DNA of 64,000 nt. Source: a virus. Taxonomy: Duplodnaviria > Caudoviricetes. Below are positions 63,903 through 64,000 of this stretch, in pieces (position 1 is the first letter of the stretch; each line of letters begins with the position of its first letter). The stretch is taken from the IMG/VR virus record IMGVR_UViG_3300019742_000001; one strand, given 5' to 3'. The translations under genes and the position numbers were made by a program. The notes beneath the pieces are model-generated. The model saw nothing but the letters and a program-made list of their open reading frames with translations, ran no database searches and was not told the DNA's origin.

Positions 63903-64000
63903 ACCTATTCTCCTCCTTCTACATGATCTTTCAATAAATCTTTTAGAATTGTAACTTCAATAGTATCAGGTATAATAATTGCTTTTACTTGACCATCAAA

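Noticed and set aside
1-64000. Stop-codon reassignment (alternative genetic code)
   Set aside because: Long conserved genes (nrdJ, ligA, clpB) are intact in the standard code, and TAA, TAG and TGA all end genes

Overview
This 64 kb window looks like part of a large, AT-rich, T4-like lytic phage genome, with essentially all genes on the minus strand. It carries a T4-style replication set (sliding clamp and loader, primase, ssDNA-binding protein, RNase H, UvsX/RecA, resolvase), NrdJ, ThyX, dUTPase, an NAD-dependent ligase, a holin/spanin cassette, a separate GH108 endolysin and tail/virion genes. Both sigma70-type promoters and TATAAATA late promoters are present. A triheme cytochrome c7 (PpcA-like), a DUF5320-like peptide and a class II ribonucleotide reductase point to an anaerobic Desulfuromonadia/Geobacter-like host (inference). 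Four things stand out. (1) A complete phage-encoded ubiquitin-like cassette: Ubl ending in AG-V, E2-like, Zn ribbon, E1/ThiF and JAB protease. (2) A ~10 kb array of ~29 tRNAs covering all 20 amino acids. It appears to be headed by a leader-peptide attenuator whose 43-codon peptide contains all 20 amino acids and whose stop codon sits inside an antiterminator strand, and it has three rrn-like boxA sites. (3) Non-tRNA structured RNAs inside the array: a GOLLD-like RNA with a nested tRNA-like element, a YrlA-like Y RNA and several unassigned RNAs. (4) The secreted cytochrome c7 next to the endolysin, plus a cluster of nucleotide-signal-erasing enzymes (two HD proteins and a NADAR-like protein). 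All calls come from reading the sequence by eye; no searches were run.
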